Positions 50,800-61,884 are shown, counted from the stretch's first letter. The stretch: 64,000 nucleotides of DNA from Trichormus sp. ATA11-4-KO1 (GCA_019358915.1 JAHHIM010000036.1:384001-448000); one strand, 5' to 3'. Numbers and translations: made by a program. Notes: a model not told the origin generated them from the sequence alone.

Positions 50800-51639
50800 T
50801 CAGTGTTCTACATTCATCCAGAATTTATGCCTAATATCACTAACATAATGCCGTAAAGCAATTTCTTTACTAGCAAATTTATCTGGATAAATAAATTGGT
50901 CGGCAACATTCAAAACATACTTTTGTGAGCATAATGGTACACCATGATTATGATGAATTGTCAAATGTACAATTGTTTGCTCAGTAAAATAGCTAGGTAT
51001 TCCCACGAGATTGGCCAAGCGTTTAATTGCAAAACTCCAATCCAACTCATGCTTAAACAAAATGAAGCCTGCATTCACAGGATTTACTTTTTCTGCCACT
51101 TCATAAATCATGCGTCTGTCTAGTGAATTTGAGCAATCAAGTAGATAATGACAATATTTACTATCTAAATTAGCTAAACTAACTAAGTCAATTCCCCCTG
51201 GGAAGAATAAAATATCTGAATCAGTATAAATAGTTGCACCATTAACAGGAATCGACATCAATGCTGATAACTTTTTACCCAGTGGATGCACTTGGGAATA
51301 ATCAGATACACATTGTGGCAAATCTGTTTTGAGAAACTTGTTGATGGGGATGACTTCAACGCAAGGATGAATGCGGCTAAGCAACTGACAACTTAAATCA
51401 GTGTAACTACCATCAGAAATGACAGTGAATGTATTGGGAATCCCAATATTGTGAAGAAACGAGCGAATACTAGCTACTTGTTCAGGTAAGTCGCGCTCAC
51501 AAGAGAAAGCATAGACATTAATGGGAACTTTTTGAGATGTATTGATGGGAAGATTAACTGTTTTAGCCAGATTTGATTTATATCGAGAGCGATGGAGTTT
51601 ACCTTGAATCTGAGCAGTATGATAGCCAATATTTACCAT
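50800..51639 (-). CDS. putative nucleotide-sugar transferase (GT-A fold)
   Basis: YTDSDILFF DxD motif, VNAGF and EQT. Confidence 0.55.
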   Translation of the reverse strand: MVNIGYHTAQIQGKLHRSRYKSNLAKTVNLPINTSQKVPINVYAFSCERDLPEQVASIRSFLHNIGIPNTFTVISDGSYTDLSCQLLSRIHPCVEVIPINKFLKTDLPQCVSDYSQVHPLGKKLSALMSIPVNGATIYTDSDILFFPGGIDLVSLANLDSKYCHYLLDCSNSLDRRMIYEVAEKVNPVNAGFILFKHELDWSFAIKRLANLVGIPSYFTEQTIVHLTIHHNHGVPLCSQKYVLNVADQFIYPDKFASKEIALRHYVSDIRHKFWMNVEH

Positions 51640-51724
51640 TGTTATTTCCTCGAAAAAACCAAATTACTGGTCTCAATTTAATTTGCAAAGTTGCAGAATT
51701 AAATCCGGAATGAATCGCCAAAAT

Positions 51725-53575
51725 TTATCCTGCTTGACCCATTTCATATTGAGTTTTGTGATATTCCCAAAGCTTGCCTTTAAGTTCAAGCAATTCTTGA
51801 TAATTACCTTGCTCAATGATGCGTCCTTGTTCTAATACCACGACCTTATGAGCTTGAGCGATAGTAGAAAGACGGTGAGCGATCGCAATTACTGTTCGAC
51901 CTACAGATAGCTTTTCGATAGAATCTTGAATCAAGCGCTCAGTCATGGAATCTAGGGCGCTGGTGGCTTCATCCAAAATCAGAATTTCTGGGTCACGCAG
52001 TAAAGCACGAGCGATCGCAATTCGTTGGCGTTGTCCTCCCGATAACCGTACACCGCGATCGCCTAATTGCGTATCAAAGCCTTCTGGCATTTCTTCAATA
52101 AATTCCAGTGCATTTGCTAGTTGAGCAACTTGGCGAATTTCCGCCTCATTTGCCTCTGGTGTACCATAAGCAATATTTTTCCACACAGAGGTATTGAAAA
52201 TAAACGTATCCTGACTAACAACGGCAATTTTTTGTCGGAGTGATTTGATATCAAAGTTTCGCAAATTCACTCCATCAATCAGTACGATACCTTCTGTGGG
52301 ATCGTAAAATCTCGGAATTAAATCAATCAATGTACTTTTACCAGCACCAGTCCCCCCAACCAAGGCTGTTGTTTTACCTTTTTCGATGCTAAGGGTAATA
52401 TTATTTAGCACTGTAGTATGAGCATCGTAGCCAAAATCTACAGACACGATATCAATTGAATGCTGTAGTTTATTAAACTTAATTTTGCCATTTTGCAAAT
52501 AATATTTATTGTCGGTTCTGATGAGTTCCTTAATATTATCTGCTGCTCCTTGGAGTGTGCTGAGATGCGCTCTAGTACCATTAATATCTTGAACGATGGG
52601 TACAACCCGAAAGAGTACAAAGAAAAATGTCAGCAAAGAAGCAACTTGTAGAGTTCCATTAACAACAAAAACAGTAAACGCAAAAATAATCATACCAATG
52701 AGAATCGTACTAGCTATAGCTTCAGCTAGAGGTCTTACAAGTGCCCAGGTCAATATAACTTTAGTTGAAGTACTGACTACTTTATCGCTAGCATTATAGA
52801 AACGTTGTCGTTCAAAGTCATGAGTAGCAAAAGCTTGAACTGTGCGAATGCCGTTAATAAATTCCATAGCTATAGAGGTAAAGTTACCATTAGCAATAGA
52901 AGTGCTAAAACTCGCTTCTCTGGCACGAGCATTTAATGTTGATAATCCTACACCCACCAGAGTAAATAATAGAAAAGAAATTATGGAAAGCTGCCATGAC
53001 AATAAAAACATGGAAATAAAGTAAACAAAGGCAGTCATTCCTCTAGTCATCAAAAATGCTGCTCCGCTAAACCACTGTCTCATTCTTTCAATTTCAGTGG
53101 TGATCGTATTAATTAGTTCTCCAGAGCGAGTTTTAGCAAAGTAGCTGAGTGGCAATCCTTGTAACTGTTCAAAAATTTGCTTACGCAAGCGATCGGCTAG
53201 CAATAATTGCGCCATTTCTGTGTATATCTGTGACAGGTAATTAAAGCCAGCACGCATCCACGTACTCAATAAAATTAACAAAGATATCCGATATAGTCTA
53301 TTAATTGCCGATGTATGAGCAGCTAAAACCCAAGTATCAAACCAAGCAAATCCAGTTTGAATTGGTTCAGCATCAGGAGTAGTTAAGTTTTGCAAAAATG
53401 AGAGGAGAAAACCAATACTAAAACCTTCAGACGCCGCAGCTAAAAATGAAAAACATAAAGCCAAAATAGCAACTTTGCGGAAGTATTTAAATTCTCGCAA
53501 TATTAAATAATTTCTTTGCCAGAACTTGGTATTTTTGAAGCGATTATGGATTAGTTGAGAACTTTTCAAATGCAT
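51725..53575 (-). CDS. hepA: heterocyst envelope polysaccharide ABC transporter
   Basis: TM domain plus ABC domain (GGTGAGKST, LSGGQRQR); follows hepC. Confidence 0.9.
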   Translation of the reverse strand: MHLKSSQLIHNRFKNTKFWQRNYLILREFKYFRKVAILALCFSFLAAASEGFSIGFLLSFLQNLTTPDAEPIQTGFAWFDTWVLAAHTSAINRLYRISLLILLSTWMRAGFNYLSQIYTEMAQLLLADRLRKQIFEQLQGLPLSYFAKTRSGELINTITTEIERMRQWFSGAAFLMTRGMTAFVYFISMFLLSWQLSIISFLLFTLVGVGLSTLNARAREASFSTSIANGNFTSIAMEFINGIRTVQAFATHDFERQRFYNASDKVVSTSTKVILTWALVRPLAEAIASTILIGMIIFAFTVFVVNGTLQVASLLTFFFVLFRVVPIVQDINGTRAHLSTLQGAADNIKELIRTDNKYYLQNGKIKFNKLQHSIDIVSVDFGYDAHTTVLNNITLSIEKGKTTALVGGTGAGKSTLIDLIPRFYDPTEGIVLIDGVNLRNFDIKSLRQKIAVVSQDTFIFNTSVWKNIAYGTPEANEAEIRQVAQLANALEFIEEMPEGFDTQLGDRGVRLSGGQRQRIAIARALLRDPEILILDEATSALDSMTERLIQDSIEKLSVGRTVIAIAHRLSTIAQAHKVVVLEQGRIIEQGNYQELLELKGKLWEYHKTQYEMGQAG

Positions 53576-53729
53576 GGGTATTTTCTAACAATAATTTCAG
53601 CAGTTGATGTAGATGCTAGATAACCCTTACTTAGTGCTGAGAAGCCAGTGCCGCCTTGGGAGTTCCTTCATGGATAAGTGGCGTGGCTGGTATTTAAACT
53701 CAGCACTTTTCATAATTAAATTGCAGTTT

Positions 53730-54461
53730 TTAGCTATCTAAACGCAGCAAATTTGGCTCTTCCCATGAATCTGTTATTACTGGTAGTTGATTAATTTGTT
53801 GTTCTTCTAAAGTGAGTTGCAAAGCATTTGCCAAAGTCCAACTACGAGATCCCATCAGACTCATTTCCCCACATAGCACATTTACCAACTGCGGCAGATT
53901 GTCTAAATCATATTTACGCATCAAATGTCCTAGAGGTGTGATATTTTGCTTTTTAGTTGTGCAAAACTTGATTGCTCGAAAAAGTTTGCCTCTTTCTCCA
54001 ACATGCCACTCACGAGTAAAAACTGACCCTGGTGTGTCAATCTGTATTAGTACAAATAATGCCAGCATTACTGGACTCATTAATACTAGTAAGATTAATG
54101 CTGCAATCCAGTCAATTAGTCGCTGCCATCGGTTACCATGTCTAGGCTGTTTATTACTAGAAGGTATGCGGAGAAATACAGGCTTACGAGCTTTTTCACA
54201 GGCCTCTATCCAAAGTTTTAGCGCATCTTCACCAATGTTTGGATCTATACTTACCACACTAACTAAAGAATGTTTTAAACAATTGACTAATAATTGCTCG
54301 TTATTCAAAGAAGGCAGATATGGCTGTTTTACTTGTCCGGAAGATTTTACTAACAGCTGACCCCGGCGCCATTGGAGTGTGCAGTATGGGAAGCGATTAT
54401 TTTGGTGTTGCTGAGTCGTGGGATAGGAATTCTGTAGAGCAGGAATTAATGAGCTTGTCAT
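53730..54461 (-). CDS. hepC: heterocyst envelope sugar-transferase-like protein
   Basis: CTLQWRRGQLLVK N-terminus; degenerate bacterial sugar transferase domain LDNLPQLVNVLCGEMSL. Confidence 0.88.
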   Translation of the reverse strand: MTSSLIPALQNSYPTTQQHQNNRFPYCTLQWRRGQLLVKSSGQVKQPYLPSLNNEQLLVNCLKHSLVSVVSIDPNIGEDALKLWIEACEKARKPVFLRIPSSNKQPRHGNRWQRLIDWIAALILLVLMSPVMLALFVLIQIDTPGSVFTREWHVGERGKLFRAIKFCTTKKQNITPLGHLMRKYDLDNLPQLVNVLCGEMSLMGSRSWTLANALQLTLEEQQINQLPVITDSWEEPNLLRLDS

Positions 54462-55064
54462 AGGTCTTTGGATCTATACAATAGTGAATTGTTGAGTTGA
54501 TATTGAAGGCTATCAATGCCAAAGACTCCGAACCAAATTTTGTTTTGTTCCAAAAATCTGTAAATGATTGCGTGCAAAAAGATATTCTTTTAAATTGCAC
54601 TCCAGGCAAGTCCGCATCTGGGAACTTTCTGCCGATGGAAAGATGTACAAACAAGAAAGATACTAAGCAGATAAGTAGCAATAAACATATTGGGAAAGCT
54701 GGTTGGAGATGGTGGTTTCTCTCTGATAATTAGGGATTGTGGATAAGTGCAGAGGAAAATTATTCTGACACTCCAACTCTACACCTACGTTTAGTTGCAA
54801 CTATCTTTTTTGCGATCAATCTCACAAAATCAGTTCACTTTTGTCTTTAAGCCGTTTAGAGAGGACTTTAATCTCTAGGATATAAGACTCTGTAGAAATG
54901 ACTATATGTTGAGATAGATTCTTTATTTAGTCTTTAAAGAGCTAGTTGTTTTTCTAGTTGATTATAAAGATGCCATAAATATACTGATTTTTAAGTATTA
55001 GTAATTCAATAAAAATTGGCTAATAAAAAATAGCGATCGCCACTAATAAAATTGCCAAAAACAT

Positions 55065-55100
55065 ATGTGCGATCGCATACCAACAAGCGCGATCGCACAT
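55065..55100 (-). terminator. hairpin built from two HIP1 sites downstream of wzc
   Basis: ATGTGCGATCGC-N12-GCGATCGCACAT. Confidence 0.45.
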
Positions 55101-55165
55101 CAGATAAAATTTCAGACTTTGGTCTTATTTTAGTGTCATTCCCAATATCCAAAGTCAACCATTAG

Positions 55166-57394
55166 TTATTTTTCCACCGCTTGTTGCAGTGCAAATTGCG
55201 ACGACTTGGGATACTGTACATAGGTACTGCCATCAGATACTCCATTAGCCACAACACCAATGAGGTTTAACCTACTCAGCATGGCTGTAGCTTGAGCTAG
55301 CTGGCTGCGAGTTACCTTACTCATACTCGCCGCTAACACCACACTCCGACAAGATGATGCTGTAAGTATGGCATCCACCAAACCAATAACTGGCGGAGCA
55401 TCAACGAGTACCAAATCATAGTTCTCCTCAAATGCGGTCATCAATTGCATCATGCGTGGAGAACTTAAAAGATTTGCTGGGTCAACAGGTTTAGGCCCGG
55501 CTGTCAAAATATCAATATAGGCTGAGCCTAAAGTTTGGATACCAATCTGGTTGGGTAAAGTAATATCACTGGCCAAGAGAGTGGAAAGCCCTTGCTCATT
55601 TGGCAAATTCAGCTGTTCGTGGAGGCTAGGTTCTCGCAAGTTGGCATCAATCAATAGTACCCGTTTGTGTAAACGCGCCGCACTCATAGCCAAACCCAAT
55701 GCCAAAGCTGACTTACCCTCATCTGGTAAAGCCGAGGTAATCATCAAAGACTTCAAGCTGGGAACAGAATTTAAAAGTTCAATATTTTTGAAGATTAAAT
55801 CCAGCGATTCCCAACGCGGTGGGGATTGCAACACCTGAATTGTCCAAGGCGCGAGGACTTCTGGCTTACCAAAAGGCAACTTAATGATTGATTCTCTGGT
55901 GTTAGTAGATGGCAGTTTGGGAGTAGTTCCCAACAACGGCAAAGGTACCTGTTTTTCTAATTCAGCAGTGGTGTGAACAGCATCATCAGATGCTTCCCGA
56001 ATAAAAGCAGCAATACCTCCTAACATCAACCCAACTACAGCACCTAACAACAGATTCTGCTGAAGATTGGGGCCCAACTTCATACCTAATAGTGGTTCTT
56101 CCACAACTTCCCAATTAAATCCACCCTTGGCAAGTTCCTGGCGCAATTTCTGTTCGGCTCGCAATAGCTCTTCTAACCTTTCGCGGCTAAATTGTAGCTG
56201 TGGCATGATGCGATTGTAGTAAGCCAACAGAGGCGGAAAGCGTTTGATTTCAAAACGTAGCTCATTTTCCTTCTGTGCCAAAGTTTGATCACGGGCACTT
56301 AAAGCCACTATAGTTGTTTGCGTCTCCACTAACTGACCAGCAAGGCTGAGGTCAATTTCACCGAATTGTCCTTGTTCCAGCAGAGGTACTTTGGAAGAAA
56401 TAACACCACTAGACTGTACGCCCAAAGTCCTCCCTACCTCTTGTTGTAATAATTCCTTCTGGCTTTGCAGTTGTTCTTGGAGCTTTTGTACACTGGGAGT
56501 TTCATCCGTGAAACGTAAGCGTTCCTGAGCTAGTGCCAGTTCTGTTTTTTGAATTTCGTTAAGTAAGCCTTGGTAGCGAGTAGACTGACTCAGGCGAGAA
56601 GCAACCAGGGCATTTTGAGGAGAACGGTTAAGTTGTTCTTGCAAAGATTTTTGGCGCGCCAAAGCCTCTTGATATTGAGAACGGGTATCACGGCGTTCCT
56701 GCTCAATCTTGTTTAAAGCATCCTCTAGAGCTTTTGCTTGTAATTCAGGATCAATTAAATTTTGGTTGCGGCGAAATCGTTGTAAGTTTGTCTCAGAAGC
56801 ATTGACTTCTTCACTGGCTTTACTCAACTGTTCCCTGATAACTTGTAAACCTTTTTGTAACCGTGAATCTTGCTGTTGTTTGTTATATTCCACATAAACT
56901 TGCCGAATCGCAGCCAGAACTTTTTGGGTCTTCTCGGGATCTCTGGCAGTATAGTCTACTTGAAAAATTTTCGTAGCTACATTGTCTTCTTTAGTCCTGA
57001 TTTGATTGAGGACTAAAGATTGCTTGATTTCATTGACAGTGATATCCGGATACTCAAGCTGAAGTTTTTCAACTGCCTTTTGGATGAGGCCAGAACTTTG
57101 CATCAAGTTAAGTTGAGTTGCTGTGTCTATCTGAATATCAGGCTCAATAAACTGACTGTCTGCGCCTCCTTCTCTTTTACCTTGATAGTTAGGTTCGACA
57201 AGCAGCTGCATTGAGCTTCTATAAGTAGGTTGAGTTCTAGAAGTTACAAAAGCTGCAATAGCGATCGCACTAATAAATACTCCTAAAAACCAAGGAAATC
57301 TGCGAATAAATATTTTAAACAGTTGTCCGTAACTTGGTTCTGTATTAGAGTTATCAACTGAATTTATACCGGGAGCGAGAGTAGCTTGACTCAT
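55166..57394 (-). CDS. Wzc/GumC polysaccharide co-polymerase with tyrosine-kinase-like domain
   Basis: Two TM segments, coiled coil, SALPDEGKS, LIDANLR and VDAPP. Confidence 0.9.
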   Translation of the reverse strand: MSQATLAPGINSVDNSNTEPSYGQLFKIFIRRFPWFLGVFISAIAIAAFVTSRTQPTYRSSMQLLVEPNYQGKREGGADSQFIEPDIQIDTATQLNLMQSSGLIQKAVEKLQLEYPDITVNEIKQSLVLNQIRTKEDNVATKIFQVDYTARDPEKTQKVLAAIRQVYVEYNKQQQDSRLQKGLQVIREQLSKASEEVNASETNLQRFRRNQNLIDPELQAKALEDALNKIEQERRDTRSQYQEALARQKSLQEQLNRSPQNALVASRLSQSTRYQGLLNEIQKTELALAQERLRFTDETPSVQKLQEQLQSQKELLQQEVGRTLGVQSSGVISSKVPLLEQGQFGEIDLSLAGQLVETQTTIVALSARDQTLAQKENELRFEIKRFPPLLAYYNRIMPQLQFSRERLEELLRAEQKLRQELAKGGFNWEVVEEPLLGMKLGPNLQQNLLLGAVVGLMLGGIAAFIREASDDAVHTTAELEKQVPLPLLGTTPKLPSTNTRESIIKLPFGKPEVLAPWTIQVLQSPPRWESLDLIFKNIELLNSVPSLKSLMITSALPDEGKSALALGLAMSAARLHKRVLLIDANLREPSLHEQLNLPNEQGLSTLLASDITLPNQIGIQTLGSAYIDILTAGPKPVDPANLLSSPRMMQLMTAFEENYDLVLVDAPPVIGLVDAILTASSCRSVVLAASMSKVTRSQLAQATAMLSRLNLIGVVANGVSDGSTYVQYPKSSQFALQQAVEK

Positions 57395-57539
57395 AATTTA
57401 TTATCCTTCTCTGCAAGATAGCTAATACCAATTCGTAATTAAGAATCACAAATTAAGAAAGTCAGACTGCATCTAGGTTTCTACCTTTTGTATCTGTCGC
57501 ATAGTTTTTTAAAATTGGTATAACAAACCACAAAAATGA

Positions 57540-58628
57540 TTAATAGATACCACAAGTTTGGTCAATAAGTTGCTCAACCTTGCGAAAGAATACAGGTTCC
57601 GAAAAATTGTTCACTGCATGACTACGAATATTTTCATAATTCCAAGCGATTCCTCCGGACTCTATTAATGCAGCTTGTAGAGATTCGGGTGTTTGTCGCT
57701 TAAAAAATACTCCTGTTTTCCGGTGTATTTGAGTATCTAATACTCCACCTGCTCCATAGGCGATGACAGGTGTGCCACTAGCATTTGCCTCGACTGGAAC
57801 TAATCCATAGTCTTCTAAGGCAGCAACTATAACAGACTTAGCTTTAGAAAATAAATCTTTGCGTTTAGCATCACTGACGTGCCCTAAAAACTCAATATTA
57901 TCTAATGCTTTAGATTTTAAACGCTCTTGTTCTGGCCCATCCCCTGATATTAATAATCGCCAACCTAACCAATTAAAGGCCTCGATAATTATATCCAACC
58001 GCTTATAGCTGATCATCCGAGCCGAGGCTAGATAGTATTCATCCTTTATATCTGAAAATACAAAATTATTTGTATCAATTGGATAGTTAATCACAATTGA
58101 TTGTTTGTTGTATATTTTTTGAATACGGCGGGCGACAACACTGGAGTTAGCAATGTAAAGGTCTGGTTCTTGAGCATATTTTAGGTCTATATTTCTCATT
58201 AACTGGAACACTTGTTCAATTAATGGAGCAAAGTATCGATAGTCTCCATACTCCCGTAAATACGTTTCCGTATCCCACAGAAACCGGGTAACATTATGAC
58301 AAAAACAAATGTGTTTAGCATCTGGATGTTTGCGTACTGCTTTGGCAAAACTGGTGCTACTACTAATAATTAGATCGTAGTCCTGTAAATCTAAAGACCT
58401 AAAAGCAGGAAAATATAAGGGAGCCATCAATCTAAAATACTTTGCTGCACCAGGAATTTTTTGCAAAAAAGTAGTTTTGACTATACGCTCACCCATATCA
58501 ATAGTTTTTTGCGGATTGTATAAAGATGTGAAAATATCCGCTTGGGGGTAGCGTTTACAAAGTAATTCAAATACCCGCTCTGCTCCACCGCGTTGGGTTA
58601 AGTAATCATGGACTAGAGCAATTTTCAT
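57540..58628 (-). CDS. glycosyltransferase family 4
   Basis: HDYLTQRGGAERV and EDYGLVPVEANASG. Confidence 0.9.
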   Translation of the reverse strand: MKIALVHDYLTQRGGAERVFELLCKRYPQADIFTSLYNPQKTIDMGERIVKTTFLQKIPGAAKYFRLMAPLYFPAFRSLDLQDYDLIISSSTSFAKAVRKHPDAKHICFCHNVTRFLWDTETYLREYGDYRYFAPLIEQVFQLMRNIDLKYAQEPDLYIANSSVVARRIQKIYNKQSIVINYPIDTNNFVFSDIKDEYYLASARMISYKRLDIIIEAFNWLGWRLLISGDGPEQERLKSKALDNIEFLGHVSDAKRKDLFSKAKSVIVAALEDYGLVPVEANASGTPVIAYGAGGVLDTQIHRKTGVFFKRQTPESLQAALIESGGIAWNYENIRSHAVNNFSEPVFFRKVEQLIDQTCGIY

Positions 58629-58630
58629 AA

Positions 58631-58674
58631 TTCGTAGTTCGTAATTCGTAATTCGTAATTCGTAATTCGTAATT
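58631..58674. repeat. (TTCGTAA)6 STRR next to the start codon
   Basis: One TTCGTAG and five TTCGTAA units. Confidence 0.9.
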
Positions 58675-58860
58675 AAGACAAGAAAGTATTGGTGATGTTG
58701 AGTTTTTTTCTGCGACTTAATCTATACCAGTTCTACTCAGAGACTTTCACACCTATCCCCTATCACCTGTTATCTTTGTTGCAGATTCCCCCTAACTCTT
58801 GTTGATGGAGTTAGAGGGATCAAATTCTTAACAGAATGTGTTGATCTAGAAATACTGATG

Positions 58861-60174
58861 CTACCCAACGGCTGCTAGAACTTTTTCTGATGCAAAATAA
58901 GTGTTTTGTTCAGCGCGTAGTTGGTCACAAAGTCTACCTTCAGGCAACTCTACATCATCGTAAGTCAGGACTTGATCCTGAGGAATATCTCGTTTTAGGC
59001 GACATCCTTCAGCTAAACCGATTGGGAGTAGTTTTTGCTCTTGAACGATGGGGGAATTTTCACATTGCCCATAAGTCATGTAGTAGCCAATACCATCTAA
59101 GGTTTCCCCAGCTTTCAGATTAATTTTAGCGGTGGTGACTACATCTACTACTGGCCCTGCTAGTGGAGACAAGACAGTATCCTGGAACAGGACAGCACGA
59201 GCAACAGATAATGGCACTTCAAAATGACACAGGTGATAGGGAGTATAGAAGCTATATAGAGGGCCTTCACCTAACTTGTATAAGTCTAGATAGTGGCGTT
59301 GCTTGGGGTCTTGATGAGTGGCAAATACAAATACACCGGGGCTAGGTTTAGCACCAACTACATAATCAACAATGCCACCTAATTCATGGAGTTGTTCAAC
59401 ATCGTACATGTGGGTCATTTCATCAACATGACCACGGAAGTCGTATCCTAGCATTCCGCGCTGGGCGACTTTCATACCTGTAGCGTTGGCAACGATCGCT
59501 TGCTCGAAGGAAATTTTTGTCCCGTCGGCAAAGCTGGTTACCATGTGGGCTTTTTGACCCCAACGTTTAGCAAATCCTGCTTGGGTCGTAGGATTGCGAT
59601 AGGGGTCTTGAAGTCCTTTAATGTTACCGCACAATAATGGAGTCAGACCAATACTTTTGACAAATCGGTAGAGATTCATTTCTACCCCTGGCTGATCACC
59701 ATCACAGGCGCTGAGAATGACTCCGGCTTTGTCGGCGTATACTTTTAGGATGGGGCCAATAGTAGCGTCGAGTTCGGCATTCATCATAATCACATGTTTG
59801 CGATGAGCGATCGCCTCCATAACTACATGAGCGCCAAATTCTACTGCACCGGTGACTTCGATGATGGCATCAATTCCCTCTGCTTGGCAGAGTAATTGGA
59901 CATCTTCGGTGACTGCATATTTATGGTTGGCGATCGCGTCTTCTAATTCAGTTACAGTTGTCACAACTTGCATATTTTCTAGCCCCGCTTCTGTATAAGC
60001 TCGTTTAGCTGCATCAACCTGACGGCTAAAAATAGCAACTAACTCCATTCCGGGAACTGAATTAATAATCTGATTAGCAATCCCTCGACCCATAAAACCA
60101 GCACCAATCATCCCCACTTTCACTGGATTACCTGCTGCGGCGCGGGCTTGTAAGGCACGATCAATAATAATCAT
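58861..60174 (-). CDS. NAD(P)-dependent oxidoreductase with C-terminal SAF domain
   Basis: GAGFMG Rossmann motif, DGDQPG, SFADGTK and LPIGLAEG. Confidence 0.85.
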   Translation of the reverse strand: MIIIDRALQARAAAGNPVKVGMIGAGFMGRGIANQIINSVPGMELVAIFSRQVDAAKRAYTEAGLENMQVVTTVTELEDAIANHKYAVTEDVQLLCQAEGIDAIIEVTGAVEFGAHVVMEAIAHRKHVIMMNAELDATIGPILKVYADKAGVILSACDGDQPGVEMNLYRFVKSIGLTPLLCGNIKGLQDPYRNPTTQAGFAKRWGQKAHMVTSFADGTKISFEQAIVANATGMKVAQRGMLGYDFRGHVDEMTHMYDVEQLHELGGIVDYVVGAKPSPGVFVFATHQDPKQRHYLDLYKLGEGPLYSFYTPYHLCHFEVPLSVARAVLFQDTVLSPLAGPVVDVVTTAKINLKAGETLDGIGYYMTYGQCENSPIVQEQKLLPIGLAEGCRLKRDIPQDQVLTYDDVELPEGRLCDQLRAEQNTYFASEKVLAAVG

Positions 60175-60236
60175 TAGTTAAATTCCTGTATTAATTCTAG
60201 TTTGAGCAAGAAATTTCCGAACCCCGGTTTCTCAAC

Positions 60237-60812
60237 TCATGAATGATTGAGCATTGATATAGAATCTGCACAACCAACGGGGATCATTTCTAATAAAGTC
60301 CAATTTAAGTCTTTCTCAGAAATTTCAGTTACTGCTAGAGGCCATTCAATATTAAAAAACGGGTCATCATAGCGTAATCCTCGTTCATATCCTGGTGTAT
60401 AAAATTCACCCACTTGATACATTACCTCAGCATCATCTGTGAGAGTTTGATAACCGTGGGCAAACATTTCTGGTACATACAAAGCCCGGTGATTTTCTGC
60501 GGTTAATTCCACACCAATATGTGATAAAAAAGTCGGCGATTCAGGACGCATATCAATAATTACGTCATAGATAGCGCCTTTGGTACAGCGCACTAATTTT
60601 GTTTCTGCGGCTGGAGAAACTTGATAATGCATTCCCCTCACAGTGCCTTTTTTGTGGTTGAAAGAAATATTACATTGGGCAACTGTGGGCTTCAAACCAT
60701 GTGCCACAAATTCTTGAGCGCAGAAACCACGGGCAAAAAAACCGCGATGATCTGGCTTTTTTTCTACGTCAATAATGAGTGCGTCTTGGAGTGCAGTGGT
60801 GGTAAAAATCAT
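60237..60812 (-). CDS. rfbC: dTDP-4-dehydrorhamnose 3,5-epimerase family
   Basis: DHRGFF, VRGMHYQ, KLVRC, DVIID.R and FAHGY. Confidence 0.9.
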   Translation of the reverse strand: MIFTTTALQDALIIDVEKKPDHRGFFARGFCAQEFVAHGLKPTVAQCNISFNHKKGTVRGMHYQVSPAAETKLVRCTKGAIYDVIIDMRPESPTFLSHIGVELTAENHRALYVPEMFAHGYQTLTDDAEVMYQVGEFYTPGYERGLRYDDPFFNIEWPLAVTEISEKDLNWTLLEMIPVGCADSISMLNHS

Positions 60813-60858
60813 AGAAATTATCAGTATTTAACTAAGGAAGAAGGACGAAGTGATAACT

Positions 60859-60996
60859 TTAAGGGAGTTAGACACGCAGTTGATTATTGCTAAAGAAGTA
60901 AAATTACTTGCCCCTGAAATGTTTGATTCTGCTTTAAAAGAGGTTGATGAAATGTAGCGTATTCTAGTATCTACTCTGCAAAAACTGCCACGATAG
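60859..60996 (+). pseudogene. four-helix-bundle protein C-terminal remnant
   Basis: LRELDTQLIIAKEVKLLAPEMFDSALKEVDEM*RILVSTLQKL with an internal TAG; flanked by AAGGAAG and CTTCCTT tracts. Confidence 0.6.
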
Positions 60997-61846
60997 CCCT
61001 TCCTTCTTCCTTAAGCCCTATCCTTTCATCAACTTCTCTGTTTAAATTTGGTCTAGGATATGTATTATCCCAGTAATGAGTACAAAGTTCTGGACGCTTG
61101 GGAGGGTTGGCAGTATAGACAAAAAACAGTGTTGACCGTTCTTCAGTGCGGAGAGTACCATGATGTAAAATTCGTCTGGTATCAGCAAAAATAACAGTAC
61201 CGGCTGGACCTGGACAAGACTTCCACGCGGATTTTGGGACAATTTTATTTAGCGTTTGATCATCAATTCCTCCTAAGTTTTTAATTTGGCGTTTAATTCG
61301 ATAAGCTTGTGATCGGGAAATTAAAGATATTGGCACATATTCAAAAGGCCCATGTTTTTCCTCCACATCATTTAAGTAGACAATAATTTTGAGAACTCGG
61401 CGGTCTTCTATATCTCTATGCCATAGTAATGTTTGAAACTGCTCTGTGTTGGCAAAGTCTTTGCGTAAATGTACACCATGATAAGCAACGGGAAGACCAA
61501 TGTAATTTTCGATAATGTTGAACAGCCTTTGTTCTCTTCCCCAGTTATAGAATGCTGGTAAATCTGTAACTATGTAAATTTCTGGCGGATTTTGGCTGGA
61601 ACTGCTATAGTTAGCTGCTCCCATACTTGGCAATAGACTGTAAGCAGAATTGAGTAATTGTGAGGTGGAAGTTAATCCTAACTCTGTGAGGTTTGTAATG
61701 TGAATTCCGTCACGTTTAATCGAGTCAAGAATTATGCGATCGCTTGCTGCTAATACAGGCAATTTTTTTCCATGTTGCCAAGATGATACTCTGTAATTTA
61801 ACTCTGATTTTAGGGAAAACAACTTGTCACCAACATTAGTAAACAT
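60971..61846 (-). CDS. 2-oxoglutarate/Fe(II) oxygenase (PhyH-like)
   Basis: WHRD HxD motif, GPFEYVP, GTVIFADT and LHHG. Confidence 0.75.
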   Translation of the reverse strand: MFTNVGDKLFSLKSELNYRVSSWQHGKKLPVLAASDRIILDSIKRDGIHITNLTELGLTSTSQLLNSAYSLLPSMGAANYSSSSQNPPEIYIVTDLPAFYNWGREQRLFNIIENYIGLPVAYHGVHLRKDFANTEQFQTLLWHRDIEDRRVLKIIVYLNDVEEKHGPFEYVPISLISRSQAYRIKRQIKNLGGIDDQTLNKIVPKSAWKSCPGPAGTVIFADTRRILHHGTLRTEERSTLFFVYTANPPKRPELCTHYWDNTYPRPNLNREVDERIGLKEEGRAIVAVFAE

Positions 61847-61884
61847 GGTGTAATTGAGGTTTGAATTGTGTATGTCAGTTGTTA

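Noticed and set aside
53812..54733. 182-aa antisense ORF over hepC and two short ORFs upstream
   Set aside because: No motifs or RBS; consistent with shadow frames
57425..57521. ATACCAATT...AATTGGTAT possible MITE
   Set aside because: Only a 9-bp AT-rich inverted repeat with no clear TSD or second full copy in the window
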